Assembly (NCBI GenBank): GCA_963806705.1
Contig: CAWDZE010000014.1
Coordinates: forward strand, 93,054-157,053
DNA: 64,000 nucleotides
Source of the DNA: Vicinamibacteria bacterium
GTDB lineage: Bacteria > Acidobacteriota > Vicinamibacteria > Vicinamibacterales > JAENWD01
Direction: 5' to 3'
The translations under genes and the position numbers were made by a program. Below the pieces are notes generated by a model. That model worked only from the letters and a program-made list of their open reading frames with translations. It ran no database searches and had not been told where the DNA came from. Each line of letters starts with the position of its first letter. Within the stretch, counting starts at the first letter, position 1. Below are positions 46,148 through 55,207 of the stretch, piece after piece.

Positions 46148-46217
46148 GTGCCTGGCGCTGCGTGCCGGGTGCCGGGTGCGGTGCTGAGTGCCGCGTGCTG
46201 AGTGCGGAGTGCGGAAC
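46148..46217. repeat. about ten 7-nt-periodic units (GTGCCGG GTGCCGG GTGCGGT GCTGAGT GCCGCGT GCTGAGT GCGGAGT GCGGAAC)
   Basis: Direct reading, immediately after the yjbQ-like stop and running into the 5' end of the next ORF. Confidence 0.6.
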
Positions 46218-47315
46218 GACGGTCTTTCGAGCGCGCGCCTCCGCCAGGCTGGCCTGCTCGGCCTCTCCGACAAGCTGACCGCAAACGAGCGGCTCACGCT
46301 GGCCGACGGCGTGAGACTGTTCGAGACGCCCGATCTGCTGGCCCTCGGTTGGCTGGCCAATCGCGAGCGCGAGCGGCGCCACGCAGGCAAGACGTTCTAC
46401 AACTACAACATCCGCATCGAGGCCACCAACGTCTGCGTGGCCACGTGCCTGTTCTGTTCGTTCTCGCGGCTGCGGCCCGGCGACCCCGGCTCCTACACGC
46501 TGTCGCAGGAGCAGGCCTGGGACAAACTGCGGCAGCGTGCCCACCAGCCGCTGACGGAGGTCCACGTCGTCAACGGCCTGCATCCGGACCTGCCGTTTTC
46601 CTACTACACGGACCTGCTGTCGGGGTTCAAGCGCATCCGGCCCGAGATCCACCTGAAGTGCTTCACCGCCGTCGAGATCGCGTTTTTCAGCGACCTGTAC
46701 GCGATGAGCGACGAGCAGGTGTTGCGCGAGTTGATGGCCGCCGGCCTGGACTCGCTGCCCGGTGGCGGCGCCGAGGTGTTCGCCGAGCGCGTGCGGCGAA
46801 AGATCTGTCACGACAAGGCCGATGCCGATCGCTGGCTCAGCATCCATCGCACGGCCCACCGGCTGGGGATGCGATCGAACGTCACGATGCTCTACGGCCA
46901 CATCGAGACGCTCGAAGAGCGCGTCGATCACATGCTGCGCGCGCGGGCGCTGCAGGATGAGACCGGGGGCTTCCAGGCGTTCATCCCGCTGGCGTTTCAT
47001 CCCGACAACAACCAGATGCGGAAGCTCCCGGCGCCGTCGGCCAACGACACGCTGCGCGTGCACGCCGTCGCCCGGTTGATGCTGGACAACATCCCGCACG
47101 TCAAGGCGTTCTGGATCGCGACCGGCGTCGGTGTGGCGCAGACGGCGCTGTGGTTTGGCGTCGACGACCTCGACGGCACCGTGCAGGAAGAAAAGATCTA
47201 CCACATGGCTGGCACCGAGGCGCCCGAGTCGATGACCACCGCCGACCTGCAGCGGCTCATCCGTGCCGCGGGCCGCCAGCCGGTCGAACGGGATACCCTC
47301 TACAACATCGTCTGA
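46209..47315 (+). CDS. radical SAM menaquinone (futalosine-pathway) enzyme, MqnE/MqnC family
   Basis: NIRIEATNVCVATCLFCSFSR (CxxxCxxC), VHVVNGLHPDLPFSYY, GGFQAFIPLAFHP, VDDLDGTV. Start uncertain (GTG 46188 or GTG 46209). Confidence 0.8.
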   Translation: MRNDGLSSARLRQAGLLGLSDKLTANERLTLADGVRLFETPDLLALGWLANRERERRHAGKTFYNYNIRIEATNVCVATCLFCSFSRLRPGDPGSYTLSQEQAWDKLRQRAHQPLTEVHVVNGLHPDLPFSYYTDLLSGFKRIRPEIHLKCFTAVEIAFFSDLYAMSDEQVLRELMAAGLDSLPGGGAEVFAERVRRKICHDKADADRWLSIHRTAHRLGMRSNVTMLYGHIETLEERVDHMLRARALQDETGGFQAFIPLAFHPDNNQMRKLPAPSANDTLRVHAVARLMLDNIPHVKAFWIATGVGVAQTALWFGVDDLDGTVQEEKIYHMAGTEAPESMTTADLQRLIRAAGRQPVERDTLYNIV

Positions 47316-47323
47316 CGAACCAA

Positions 47324-47483
47324 GTTCACAGGTTCACGCGTTCACAGGTTCGCCGGTTCACGGTTCAGGTTCACCAGAGGCTCACAGGTTCAGAACCCAG
47401 TGAACCTGAACCCGTGAACCCGTGAACCGTGAACCCGTGCACCGTGAACCCGTGAACCCGTGAACCCGTGAACCCGTGAACCT
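47324..47483. repeat. inverted array of GGTTCACR / YGTGAACC octamers (about 8 + about 10 units) able to fold into a long imperfect hairpin
   Basis: Left arm 47324-47392 carries GTTCAC units; right arm 47401-47483 carries GTGAAC units. The apex is CAGGTTCA (47385-92), an 8-nt loop, then TGAACCTG (47401-08). Confidence 0.85.
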
Positions 47484-47586
47484 GCTATACTCCGATCAGT
47501 CAGCGCCCAACGGCGATAGCCGCAACGGGAGTTGGCCTTTTTTGTCTCTCCAGATTGTGCAATGTTTCACAATCATGGGGGTTGAG

Positions 47587-48723
47587 ATGCCCACCTATCT
47601 GCCGATGTTGAACGAGGTCGAGAAGGCCTCGATTGACGAACGTCAGCCGTTGCCCGACCGCTACCGCGGCCTCGACGACACGGAGATGGACCGCAGCATC
47701 GCAGCGGCGCGCGCGACGCTTGGCTCGCGGCTCCTCATCCTCGGCCACCACTATCAGCGCGACGAAGTGATCAAGTTCGCCGACTACGTCGGCGACTCGT
47801 TCAAGCTGTCGCGCTATTGCCGCACGCGCCCCGATGCGGAGTTCGTCGTCTTCTGCGGCGTGCACTTCATGGCCGAAAGCGCCGACGTGCTCTGCGCGCC
47901 GCATCAGCAGGTGATCCTGCCGGACCTGGCTGCCGGCTGCTCGATGTCGGACATGGCCGAGATCGGCCAGCTCGAAAACTGCTGGCGCGACCTCGAGGCC
48001 ATGGGCGTGACCTCGGTCATTCCGGTCACCTACATCAACTCCTCGGCCGCGATCAAAGCTTTCGTCGGCGAGCACGGCGGCATCGTCTGCACGTCGGGCA
48101 ACGCGGCCGGCGTGCTGAAATGGGCGTGGGAGCAGGGCGAGCGCATCCTGTTTCTGCCGGACCAGCATCTGGGCCGCAACACCGCCTACAAGATGGGCGT
48201 GCCGCTCGATCGCATGGTCGTGTGGGACCCCTACGAGTTTGACGGCGGGTTGGCTGCCGACGAGGCGCTCGCGGCGAAGCTGTTGCTGTGGAAGGGCCAC
48301 TGCTCGGTCCACGAGCGCTTCACCGCGCAGCAGATCGCGATGGTTCGCGAGCAGCATCCCGGCGTGCGCGTGATCGTGCACCCCGAAGTGCCGTGGGACG
48401 TCGTGCAGGCGGCCGACGACAGCGGCTCCACCGAGTACATCCTGAAGCAGGTTCGCCAGAGCGCACCGGGCAGCACCTGGGCCGTGGGCACCGAGGTCCA
48501 CCTCGTGAACCGGCTCGCGTACGAGGTCGCGCCGGAGAAGACCGTCATCTCGCTCGACCAGCTCGGATGCCTGTGCTCGACGATGTTCCGGGTGTCGCCG
48601 AATCACTTGCTGTGGATCCTCGAGGAGCTGATCGAGGGGCGCGTCCACAACCAGATCGAGGTCCCGGAGTCGCAGCAGCACTGGGTGCGCGTCGCGCTGG
48701 ATCGGATGCTCGCCGTGGCCTAG
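47587..48723 (+). CDS. nadA: quinolinate synthase
   Basis: [60 protein letters not shown]..., C..MF. Confidence 0.9.
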   Translation: MPTYLPMLNEVEKASIDERQPLPDRYRGLDDTEMDRSIAAARATLGSRLLILGHHYQRDEVIKFADYVGDSFKLSRYCRTRPDAEFVVFCGVHFMAESADVLCAPHQQVILPDLAAGCSMSDMAEIGQLENCWRDLEAMGVTSVIPVTYINSSAAIKAFVGEHGGIVCTSGNAAGVLKWAWEQGERILFLPDQHLGRNTAYKMGVPLDRMVVWDPYEFDGGLAADEALAAKLLLWKGHCSVHERFTAQQIAMVREQHPGVRVIVHPEVPWDVVQAADDSGSTEYILKQVRQSAPGSTWAVGTEVHLVNRLAYEVAPEKTVISLDQLGCLCSTMFRVSPNHLLWILEELIEGRVHNQIEVPESQQHWVRVALDRMLAVA

Positions 48724-48790
48724 AACTGGATTGCGTCCTGGAAGTGGTCTAGGATCGGTGGGTTATCGATCGAACGTCAGGAGACCACAG

Positions 48791-49393
48791 ATGGCTCATC
48801 AGTTGCCTTCGCTGCCCTACGACTTCGGCGCGCTCGAACCCCACATCGACGCGCAGACGATGCAGATTCATCACGGCAAGCACCATCAGGCGTACGTCAA
48901 CAACCTCAACGCCGCAATCGAGAAGCATCCCGAGCTCGGGAGCAAGTCGGTCGAGGACCTCGTCAAGAACCTGAGTGGTGTCCCTGAAGACATCCGCACG
49001 GCAGTCCGCAACAACGGCGGCGGTCATCTGAACCACTCGCTGTTCTGGAAATGGATGGCACCTGGCGCCGGCGGAGCGCCCTCGGGCGCGTTGGGGGAGG
49101 CGATCTCGAGCGCGTTTGGCAGCTTCGATGCCTTCAAGGACGCGTTTGGCAAGGCCGGCGTCGGACGGTTTGGCAGCGGCTGGGCGTGGCTGGTGGAGAC
49201 CGGCGGGAAGCTGTCGATCGAGAGCACTCCGAACCAGGACAGCCCGATGATGGACGGCAAGAAGGCGATCCTGGGCCTCGACGTGTGGGAGCACGCTTAC
49301 TACCTGAAGTACCAGAACCGGCGTCCCGATTACATCGGCGCGTGGTGGAACGTCGTGAACTGGGCGGAGGTCGCGAAGGCCTACGGGAAGTAG
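48791..49393 (+). CDS. Fe/Mn superoxide dismutase
   Basis: [68 protein letters not shown]. Confidence 0.92.
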   Translation: MAHQLPSLPYDFGALEPHIDAQTMQIHHGKHHQAYVNNLNAAIEKHPELGSKSVEDLVKNLSGVPEDIRTAVRNNGGGHLNHSLFWKWMAPGAGGAPSGALGEAISSAFGSFDAFKDAFGKAGVGRFGSGWAWLVETGGKLSIESTPNQDSPMMDGKKAILGLDVWEHAYYLKYQNRRPDYIGAWWNVVNWAEVAKAYGK

Positions 49394-49425
49394 ACACGCC
49401 TCCTGTAGGTGCGCGCGGCGCGCCC

Positions 49426-49908
49426 CTACAGGAGATCCAACGCTCGCTCGATCTCATCTGGTCCCGGAAATTCCTCCTGCGTCTCTCCCACGAAGACCGC
49501 TCGGATGACTCCGGTCCTGTCGATCACGAATAGCGCCGGTCGCGAGATGTTCCACGCGTCCAGCCCCAGCCGGTGCCACACGCCATAGAGTTTTGTGACC
49601 TCGCGCGACTCGTCCACGAGGATGTTGAAGGGCAGCCCCGTATCCTCGACGTAGCGTCGCACCGCGGCCGAGTTCTGCGCGACCACTGCGACGACAGAAA
49701 CACCGCGCGCGGTGTACTGCGCCGACCGTTCTGCCAGTTCACCGAACCGGCGGCGACAGTTCGGTCACCAGGTGCCGCGATGAAACGCCAGCAGCACCGG
49801 CCCGCTGGCCAGGTACTCCGCCAGCGTGCGCCGGTCGCCCCGATTGGTCGGCAGCGAGAAATCGGGAGCCGTGGCGCCCGGCTTGAGGGTCGTGGAATGT
49901 TTGAGCAT
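49426..49908 (-). CDS. peroxiredoxin-like (PRX_like2/AhpC-TSA) redoxin with in-frame TGA (49765-49767) at the first Cys of W-C-P-x-C; candidate selenoprotein
   Basis: MLKHSTTLKPGATAPDFSLPTNRGDRRTLAEYLASGPVLLAFHRGTW-TGA-PNCRRRFGELAERSAQYTARGVSVVAVVAQNS...LFVIDRTGVIR... is all one frame. The track splits it into 49765..50193 and 49426..49686. Confidence 0.6.
49734..49750 (-). promoter_or_regulatory. SECIS-like stem-loop downstream of the TGA
   Basis: RNA CCGGUUC-GGU-GAACUGG: 7 bp, one G.U, triloop GGU with G-U 23-24 nt after the UGA. An alternative hairpin CCGAAC...GUUCGG lies at 49742-49764. Confidence 0.4.
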
Positions 49909-51120
49909 CAGAACAACGTCACTTCTACCACCGTTTCTGCGCCCACCCTCTCGACGTCCGCCGGAATCTCGAAGTAGCCGTCGGCGTGCGCCAGGCTCGT
50001 GATCTCGCCCGACCCCTTGAAGACGGGGATCGCCGCGGCGCCCTCGAGGCGGACGGGATAGATCTGATGCCGGCCGGCCGCCGACTCCACCTCGCTCGCC
50101 AGCCTCGCCAGCACGACGCGCTTGGGCGCCGGTGGCAGGTGCGCCATGCGGCGGAGGACCGGCGCCACCAGCAGGTAGGCGTTGGTGAGGCACGACACGG
50201 GATTGCCCGGCATGCCGAATACCGGCCGGCCCGCGACCGTCGCAAACACGGTGGGCTTGCCGGGCTTGAGCCGCAGCCCCTCGAAGTGCACGATGCCGGC
50301 CGCCGCGATGATCTCCAGCAGGAAGTCGCGGTCGCCCACCGACGTGCCGCCTGAAAACAGCACCATGTCCTCGCTCAGGCAGCGTGTGAACGCCTGCGTC
50401 AACGCCTCGCGGTCATCGCCCACTCGCGGAGCAACCACCGGCTCGCCGCCGTGCAGTCGAATCGCGGCCGCAAGCGCAGCCGTGTTGGAGTCGAAGATCT
50501 GCGCGGGTCCCAGCGAACCGCCCGGCGCGACGATCTCGTCGCCGGTCGAGAGAATCGCCACCGTGGGTCGCTGGTAGACGTCCACCGCGTCGAGCCCGAG
50601 CGCGGCGACGACGCCAAGCCGGGCAGGCGACAGCATCGTGCCCTCGGCGACGGCGATCTCGCCGGCCACCAGAATCGCTTCCGGCGCGTCCGACGTGCTG
50701 TCGCGGCGCCACGGGCTTCAACACAAGCACTGAGGGTCCCTCGGATGCCGAGTGCTCGACCATGACGACGGCGTCGGCGCCCTGAGGCAGGGGGGCGCCG
50801 GTTGCGATGCCCGCGCAGGTTCCCGCGACCACAGGCGTCGTGGGCGCGCGGCCCGTGTAGATCGTCTCGACCAGACGAAGCCGCACTGGCTGCTCGCGAC
50901 TGGCGCCGGCCGTGTCGGCGGCGCGCACCGCGTAACCGTCCATCATCGACCGCGCGAATGGCGGCACGTCGCGGCTGGAAACCAGGTCTCGCGCCAGAAC
51001 TCGCTGGTCTGCTGATTCGATCGCCACGCGCTCGACGCGCATCACCGGCTCGCCGTGGACGCTGAGCATCGCGCGCGCTTCTTCGACGGTGGCGAGTTGG
51101 CGGTCGGGGCGATAGGGCAT
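49908..51120 (-). pseudogene. moeA: molybdopterin molybdenumtransferase MoeA; GATC read as GAATC at 50672-50676 as assembled
   Basis: ...PPFARSMMDGYAVRA...GAPLPQGADAVVMVE...HVGRAGSD|LVAGEIAVAEG after dropping A 50673 ...LSTGDEIV...FSGGTSVGDRDF...PGNPVS... Confidence 0.85.
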
Positions 51121-51623
51121 CAGCGGCGAGCCTCGCGCACGAGGTGCCCCAGTTCCGGCAGCACGAGTTCCTCGAGGGCCAGCCTCACCGCGTGCTGCGA
51201 GCCCGGCAGGACGATGACGACCACCTGACCCACCAGTCCAGCCGTCGCTCGCGACAGCATCGCTGCGGCGCCTATCTGCTGGTAGCTGAGCGACCGGAAC
51301 AGCTCGCCGAAACCGGGAAGGCGCCTGGTGAGCAATCCGTCCACGGCTTCAAACGTGCTGTCACGAGCGGTGATGCCCGTGCCGCCCGTCGTGATGACGA
51401 CATCGACGAGCGCGCCGGACGCCAGATGTTGGACCGCCGCTCGGACCTCGTCGGCCTCGTCGCCGAGCAGCGTGCGGCCCGCCACCCGGTGCCCGGCGGC
51501 CTCGAGCAGTTCGACGATGGCCCGCCCGCTCGAATCCGTCTCGAGCGTGCGCGTGTCGCTGACCGTGATGACATGCACGGACACCGAGGCCGGAGCCTGC
51601 TGCCGATGCTCGGTGACGGACAT
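51120..51623 (-). CDS. moaB: MoaB/MogA-family molybdenum cofactor biosynthesis protein
   Basis: VHVITVSDTR...VVITTGGTGITARD...LPGSQHAV; 167 aa. 1-nt stop/start overlap with moeA. Confidence 0.85.
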   Translation of the reverse strand: MSVTEHRQQAPASVSVHVITVSDTRTLETDSSGRAIVELLEAAGHRVAGRTLLGDEADEVRAAVQHLASGALVDVVITTGGTGITARDSTFEAVDGLLTRRLPGFGELFRSLSYQQIGAAAMLSRATAGLVGQVVVIVLPGSQHAVRLALEELVLPELGHLVREARR

Positions 51624-51680
51624 CCGATCGATTGTAAGGTGCTTCTGGTTCTCCCCGAACGACCGGGAAAAACGTCGAGC

Positions 51681-53339
51681 CTATGGCGTCTGGACGGCCG
51701 GTTCAGGCATCCGTTCGAGCCCGACGAGCTTCCAGCCGCTGGCGAGTTTCCTGAAGTAGGCCTGGATCGGTTTCGCCCATGACGGCTGATCGGCGCTGGC
51801 GGCGTGAATGTCAACCCTGATGAACGTCCCCTGGATGAGGGGCAGTTCCGGCGGTGCCTGCATCTTCAACTCGCGGCTCGCCGTTTCGGCGAACCGTCGC
51901 GACGCGCCGGTGGCGTTGTCGAACACGTGCCACACGGCCGTGTACGACTCTGGCGCTGCCGCCAGGCCGAACTGGACCGCGGCATTGCCGAACGTCAACG
52001 TGCCCGTGCCATCCAGCGCCGGATCGACGATCGGGTTGATGCCGGCCAGATACGTGCGGCCTATCTTGTCACGGCGCTTGATCAGCACGTCGCCGAGATA
52101 CTGCTCGGCGGCCGGATCGCCGAACTCACCGGTCTTGACGACCGCCCGTATCATGTCGTCGCTGAAAGCCATCACCCGCCGCGCGGCCCAGAACGCATCG
52201 TCGGCCCGCATTTCCAGGTACGCGGCCGTCGGCGTGTGGGGCTTCCATGTCGTGGGATCGAACGTGTCGCCTTCGAAGCGCCCGATCGCGGGGTACTCGG
52301 TGTAATCCGCCTTCTGCCACGGGCTCAGGGCAAAGCCGAACGTGAACAGCCGCCGGCGCGTCGCACCGCCCTCGTAGAAGTACTCGTAGCCTTCGTCCCA
52401 GTCGTGCGGGCCGTTGGCGCCGATGCCGAAGGTCGAGCCGACGTCCTGCAGATAGTGCCTGACGATGCCTCGGCCGTTTTCGGTCACGAGCGCATCGAGC
52501 GTGTTGCCTGCCTTCATGTCCGTCAGATTCGTCCACGCGCCGAACACGCGCAACGCGCGAAGCTCGCGCCGATGCTCGTGCGGGACGATGTCGTTGGGGT
52601 CGTCCGGACGTGTGCCCTCATAGCGGAAGCCGCCGAGGATCTTGCCCGGCAGCAGACGCGCCGCGGCGGCGCGATACGTGCCGTCCGGGTTCCGTGCCGC
52701 GCGTTCGAGGACCTCGTCCAGATCGCGACGGGTGAGGGGCGTGCGTTCACCCGAGGGCCGCCGGGTGGTGGCCGCCGGGTCGATTTCGACGTGCCTTGGG
52801 TCGACCGTGGTGAGGAACGTCTCCACCTGGTTGTAGCCCAGTGCCCAGAAGATCCGGTTGGCGATCGCCAGCGCGCCGGTGGCGCCCTCGGGGTTCGATG
52901 GCGGATCGAACGAGAGGAACCAGGTCTCGCCGTTGGCGCTTCGCGCGGTGAACCCGGGAGCAAAACCCGATGACTTCTCCCGGATGACCGTCCAGCGCTC
53001 TGCGGCAGGCGGCGGGCCCAGGTTGGTGCCGCGCAGCAGTTCCTCGACCGACAACTTCTGTGCGCCGATGCGGTTGGTGAACCAGCTGGAGTCCGGCACT
53101 TCGTCGATGGTGTTGATGTTGCCGGCGCGGGTGTTCGACGGCTTGCGCTTGGAGGTTGCAAACAGCTGGTACGACAGGTCGTACAGCAGGCCGATATCCC
53201 ACGGCGCCACGCCGGAAGCGTCCCTGGGATCGGGCTCGCGGCTGATGGGGTCGTCGTCGTAGAACCGCGGCGACTGCGTGCCGACGGCGGCGACCGCCAG
53301 GGCGCAGACCAGGGCGCCAATGGCCGACGACAAGCGCAT
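51681..53339 (-). CDS. secreted hypothetical protein with a possible protein-kinase-like core
   Basis: Signal MRLSSAIGALVCALAVAAVG. NINTIDEVPDSSWFTNR. ...AWTNLTDMKAGNTLD... (D-x-K-x-x-N) followed by ..YLQDVGSTFG (D-x-G). Confidence 0.5.
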   Translation of the reverse strand: MRLSSAIGALVCALAVAAVGTQSPRFYDDDPISREPDPRDASGVAPWDIGLLYDLSYQLFATSKRKPSNTRAGNINTIDEVPDSSWFTNRIGAQKLSVEELLRGTNLGPPPAAERWTVIREKSSGFAPGFTARSANGETWFLSFDPPSNPEGATGALAIANRIFWALGYNQVETFLTTVDPRHVEIDPAATTRRPSGERTPLTRRDLDEVLERAARNPDGTYRAAAARLLPGKILGGFRYEGTRPDDPNDIVPHEHRRELRALRVFGAWTNLTDMKAGNTLDALVTENGRGIVRHYLQDVGSTFGIGANGPHDWDEGYEYFYEGGATRRRLFTFGFALSPWQKADYTEYPAIGRFEGDTFDPTTWKPHTPTAAYLEMRADDAFWAARRVMAFSDDMIRAVVKTGEFGDPAAEQYLGDVLIKRRDKIGRTYLAGINPIVDPALDGTGTLTFGNAAVQFGLAAAPESYTAVWHVFDNATGASRRFAETASRELKMQAPPELPLIQGTFIRVDIHAASADQPSWAKPIQAYFRKLASGWKLVGLERMPEPAVQTP

Positions 53340-53350
53340 GGTCGCGCGCG

Positions 53351-54583
53351 TCAAAACGAGGCCTTTGACGAGAACACCACCACGAGCCCTTCGTTGCTCT
53401 TGGCGAACTCGATTCGCAGGGGTGTGGAAATCGGGCCATGCAGCCGGAAGCCCAGGCCGTAATCCTTCTTCATATCGTGGAAGTCGTTGAGGTCGCTGGC
53501 GCGGGCGGTGACCTTGCCGCCGTCGACAAACAGCGCCATGTCGAGGAACCTGTTGGCCAGCACGCGCCATTCCGCCTGCCACATCACGCTGTTGCGATCG
53601 CGGAACCGCCAGCTCGCGAACCCGCGCATCGACGATCCGCCGCCAAGGGCGGGCAGCATGAAGAACGGAACCACTTCGTCATCGCCGATATGGGTGGTCT
53701 CGACGCGCGCGCGCAACGAGAGCACCCAGGCATCGCGGAGCACCGGGATATGGTGGATCGCCTCGTACTCCATCTTCGTGAAGCTGTACGTGTCGTCGGT
53801 GTCGACGAACCGGTGCGCGGTGACGCCGTAGAACCCGCCTCGCCGTGCGTAGTCCGGGGCGATGCGCGAGTCGACCCCGGCGGTGCCCTGCACGTGGACG
53901 TAGGTCGGCGAGGCGCCAAGGCCTGGAAGCGTCTCGGGCGTGTAGACCTCGTCAACCGAAGGTGCGGACCCGCCGCCGCCTTCCTGCGTCCACTCGGAGA
54001 GCTCCAGTCCACCCCGCAGCAGGAACAGGCGCCGCGTCGGCCAGAAGTCGAGCGTGCCCGAGGCGTACGGCTGCGTGAACGAGTAGTTGGCGCGGGCCTC
54101 GTCCGAGGTGGGTCCCGTGCCGATCCCGTAGAAACCCACCGAAGTGGCCTCGCGCCACCCGCCGATAACCGACAACACGCCGCGCCTGTCGAACAGGCGC
54201 GGCGCCAGGAACTCGGCCTCGATTCGCTTGTACCCCGAGAAGGTGATGCTGCCCCGCACATCGATGGTGTTGTAGGAACTGACAAAGCGCCTGTAGCCCG
54301 CGCCGAGCGTGAAGCCGCCGCCGGCGTAGGCGCTCTCGAAGAACGGGTGCCAGTGCAGCCCCCCGCTGGTGAGGATGTCTTCGGCTTTGTCGATGGCGGC
54401 CTCGACCTTATTGGGTTCGTACGGCTTGACCACGGCTGACTTCTCGGCTTTGGCCTGCTCGATTGCCGCCGTACGGCTCGTGGTCGCCAGGTCCTGCGCC
54501 GCCAGCCGAGGCGTCAGGACCGCAGGGGCCAGGCACACCGCCACCGCGAGTGTGCGATGGCGGCATGAACTCAGGATACGCAT
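53351..54583 (-). CDS. Omp85/bacterial-surface-antigen-type beta-barrel without obvious POTRA repeats
   Basis: Signal MRILSS..AVCLAPAVL. ...LPALGGGSSMRGFASWRFRDRN...DYGLGFRL...PLRIEFA...VVVFSSKASF (C-terminal F). Confidence 0.65.
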   Translation of the reverse strand: MRILSSCRHRTLAVAVCLAPAVLTPRLAAQDLATTSRTAAIEQAKAEKSAVVKPYEPNKVEAAIDKAEDILTSGGLHWHPFFESAYAGGGFTLGAGYRRFVSSYNTIDVRGSITFSGYKRIEAEFLAPRLFDRRGVLSVIGGWREATSVGFYGIGTGPTSDEARANYSFTQPYASGTLDFWPTRRLFLLRGGLELSEWTQEGGGGSAPSVDEVYTPETLPGLGASPTYVHVQGTAGVDSRIAPDYARRGGFYGVTAHRFVDTDDTYSFTKMEYEAIHHIPVLRDAWVLSLRARVETTHIGDDEVVPFFMLPALGGGSSMRGFASWRFRDRNSVMWQAEWRVLANRFLDMALFVDGGKVTARASDLNDFHDMKKDYGLGFRLHGPISTPLRIEFAKSNEGLVVVFSSKASF

Positions 54584-54610
54584 ATGAAAATATCGCCCGC
54601 GCGGCATGCT

Positions 54611-55168
54611 CTACTTCTTCGCCGGGTCCTCGACCGAAACAAGTGCTGCCGCCGTCCACGTGATGTCGACGCGGTCGCCGACCTTGACCTTGGACAGCAT
54701 GGCCTTGTCCTCGACCCGGGAGCTGTACGACCACCCGTTAGGTCCCGTGAACGTGATCGAGGGCGATTTCTCGTCGACCTGGGTGATGGTCGCGGTGATG
54801 GTGCGCTGCCCGGCGACCGTGGCCGCGGGCCTTTCGCCCGTTCCCCTGGTGGTGCCGATCGTGCCTGTGTCGACGTCCTTCTCGCCCGGCGCCTTCAGGC
54901 GGATGACGATGTTCTCGTAGTACCGCGCTGTGACTTTGTCACCGACCTTGAGTTCGTTGAACCGCTTCATGTCCGGGCCCGCCGTCACCACGGTGTAGGT
55001 GCCGTCGGATTCCTTCAGCGTCACCGCACGCGTCGACTGGTCGATGGCTTCTATCGTCGCGGTGACAATCTCTGCCTCTCCCGTGAACGTCTTACTGACC
55101 TGCGCTACCGCGGGCAAGCTCATCAACAACACGCAGGTGACCCCTGCAAAGACGATCGACTCTCTCAT
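54611..55168 (-). CDS. periplasmic hypothetical protein with an internal duplication (two ..KVGDxV.. beta modules)
   Basis: Signal MRESIVFAGVTCVLLMSLPAVA. Repeats ...TATIEAIDQSTRAVTLK...LKVGDKVTARY and ...TATITQVDEKSPSITFT...VKVGDRVDITW. Confidence 0.5.
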   Translation of the reverse strand: MRESIVFAGVTCVLLMSLPAVAQVSKTFTGEAEIVTATIEAIDQSTRAVTLKESDGTYTVVTAGPDMKRFNELKVGDKVTARYYENIVIRLKAPGEKDVDTGTIGTTRGTGERPAATVAGQRTITATITQVDEKSPSITFTGPNGWSYSSRVEDKAMLSKVKVGDRVDITWTAAALVSVEDPAKK

Positions 55169-55207
55169 TTGGTCTCTCCTTGGGTGGCTCGCAGTTGGCC
55201 AGATAGC

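Noticed and set aside
47324-47483. Heptamer/octamer arrays considered as CRISPR arrays.
   Set aside because: The units are 7-8 nt and directly abutting, with no unique spacers and no cas genes. They are tandem or inverted microrepeats, not CRISPR.
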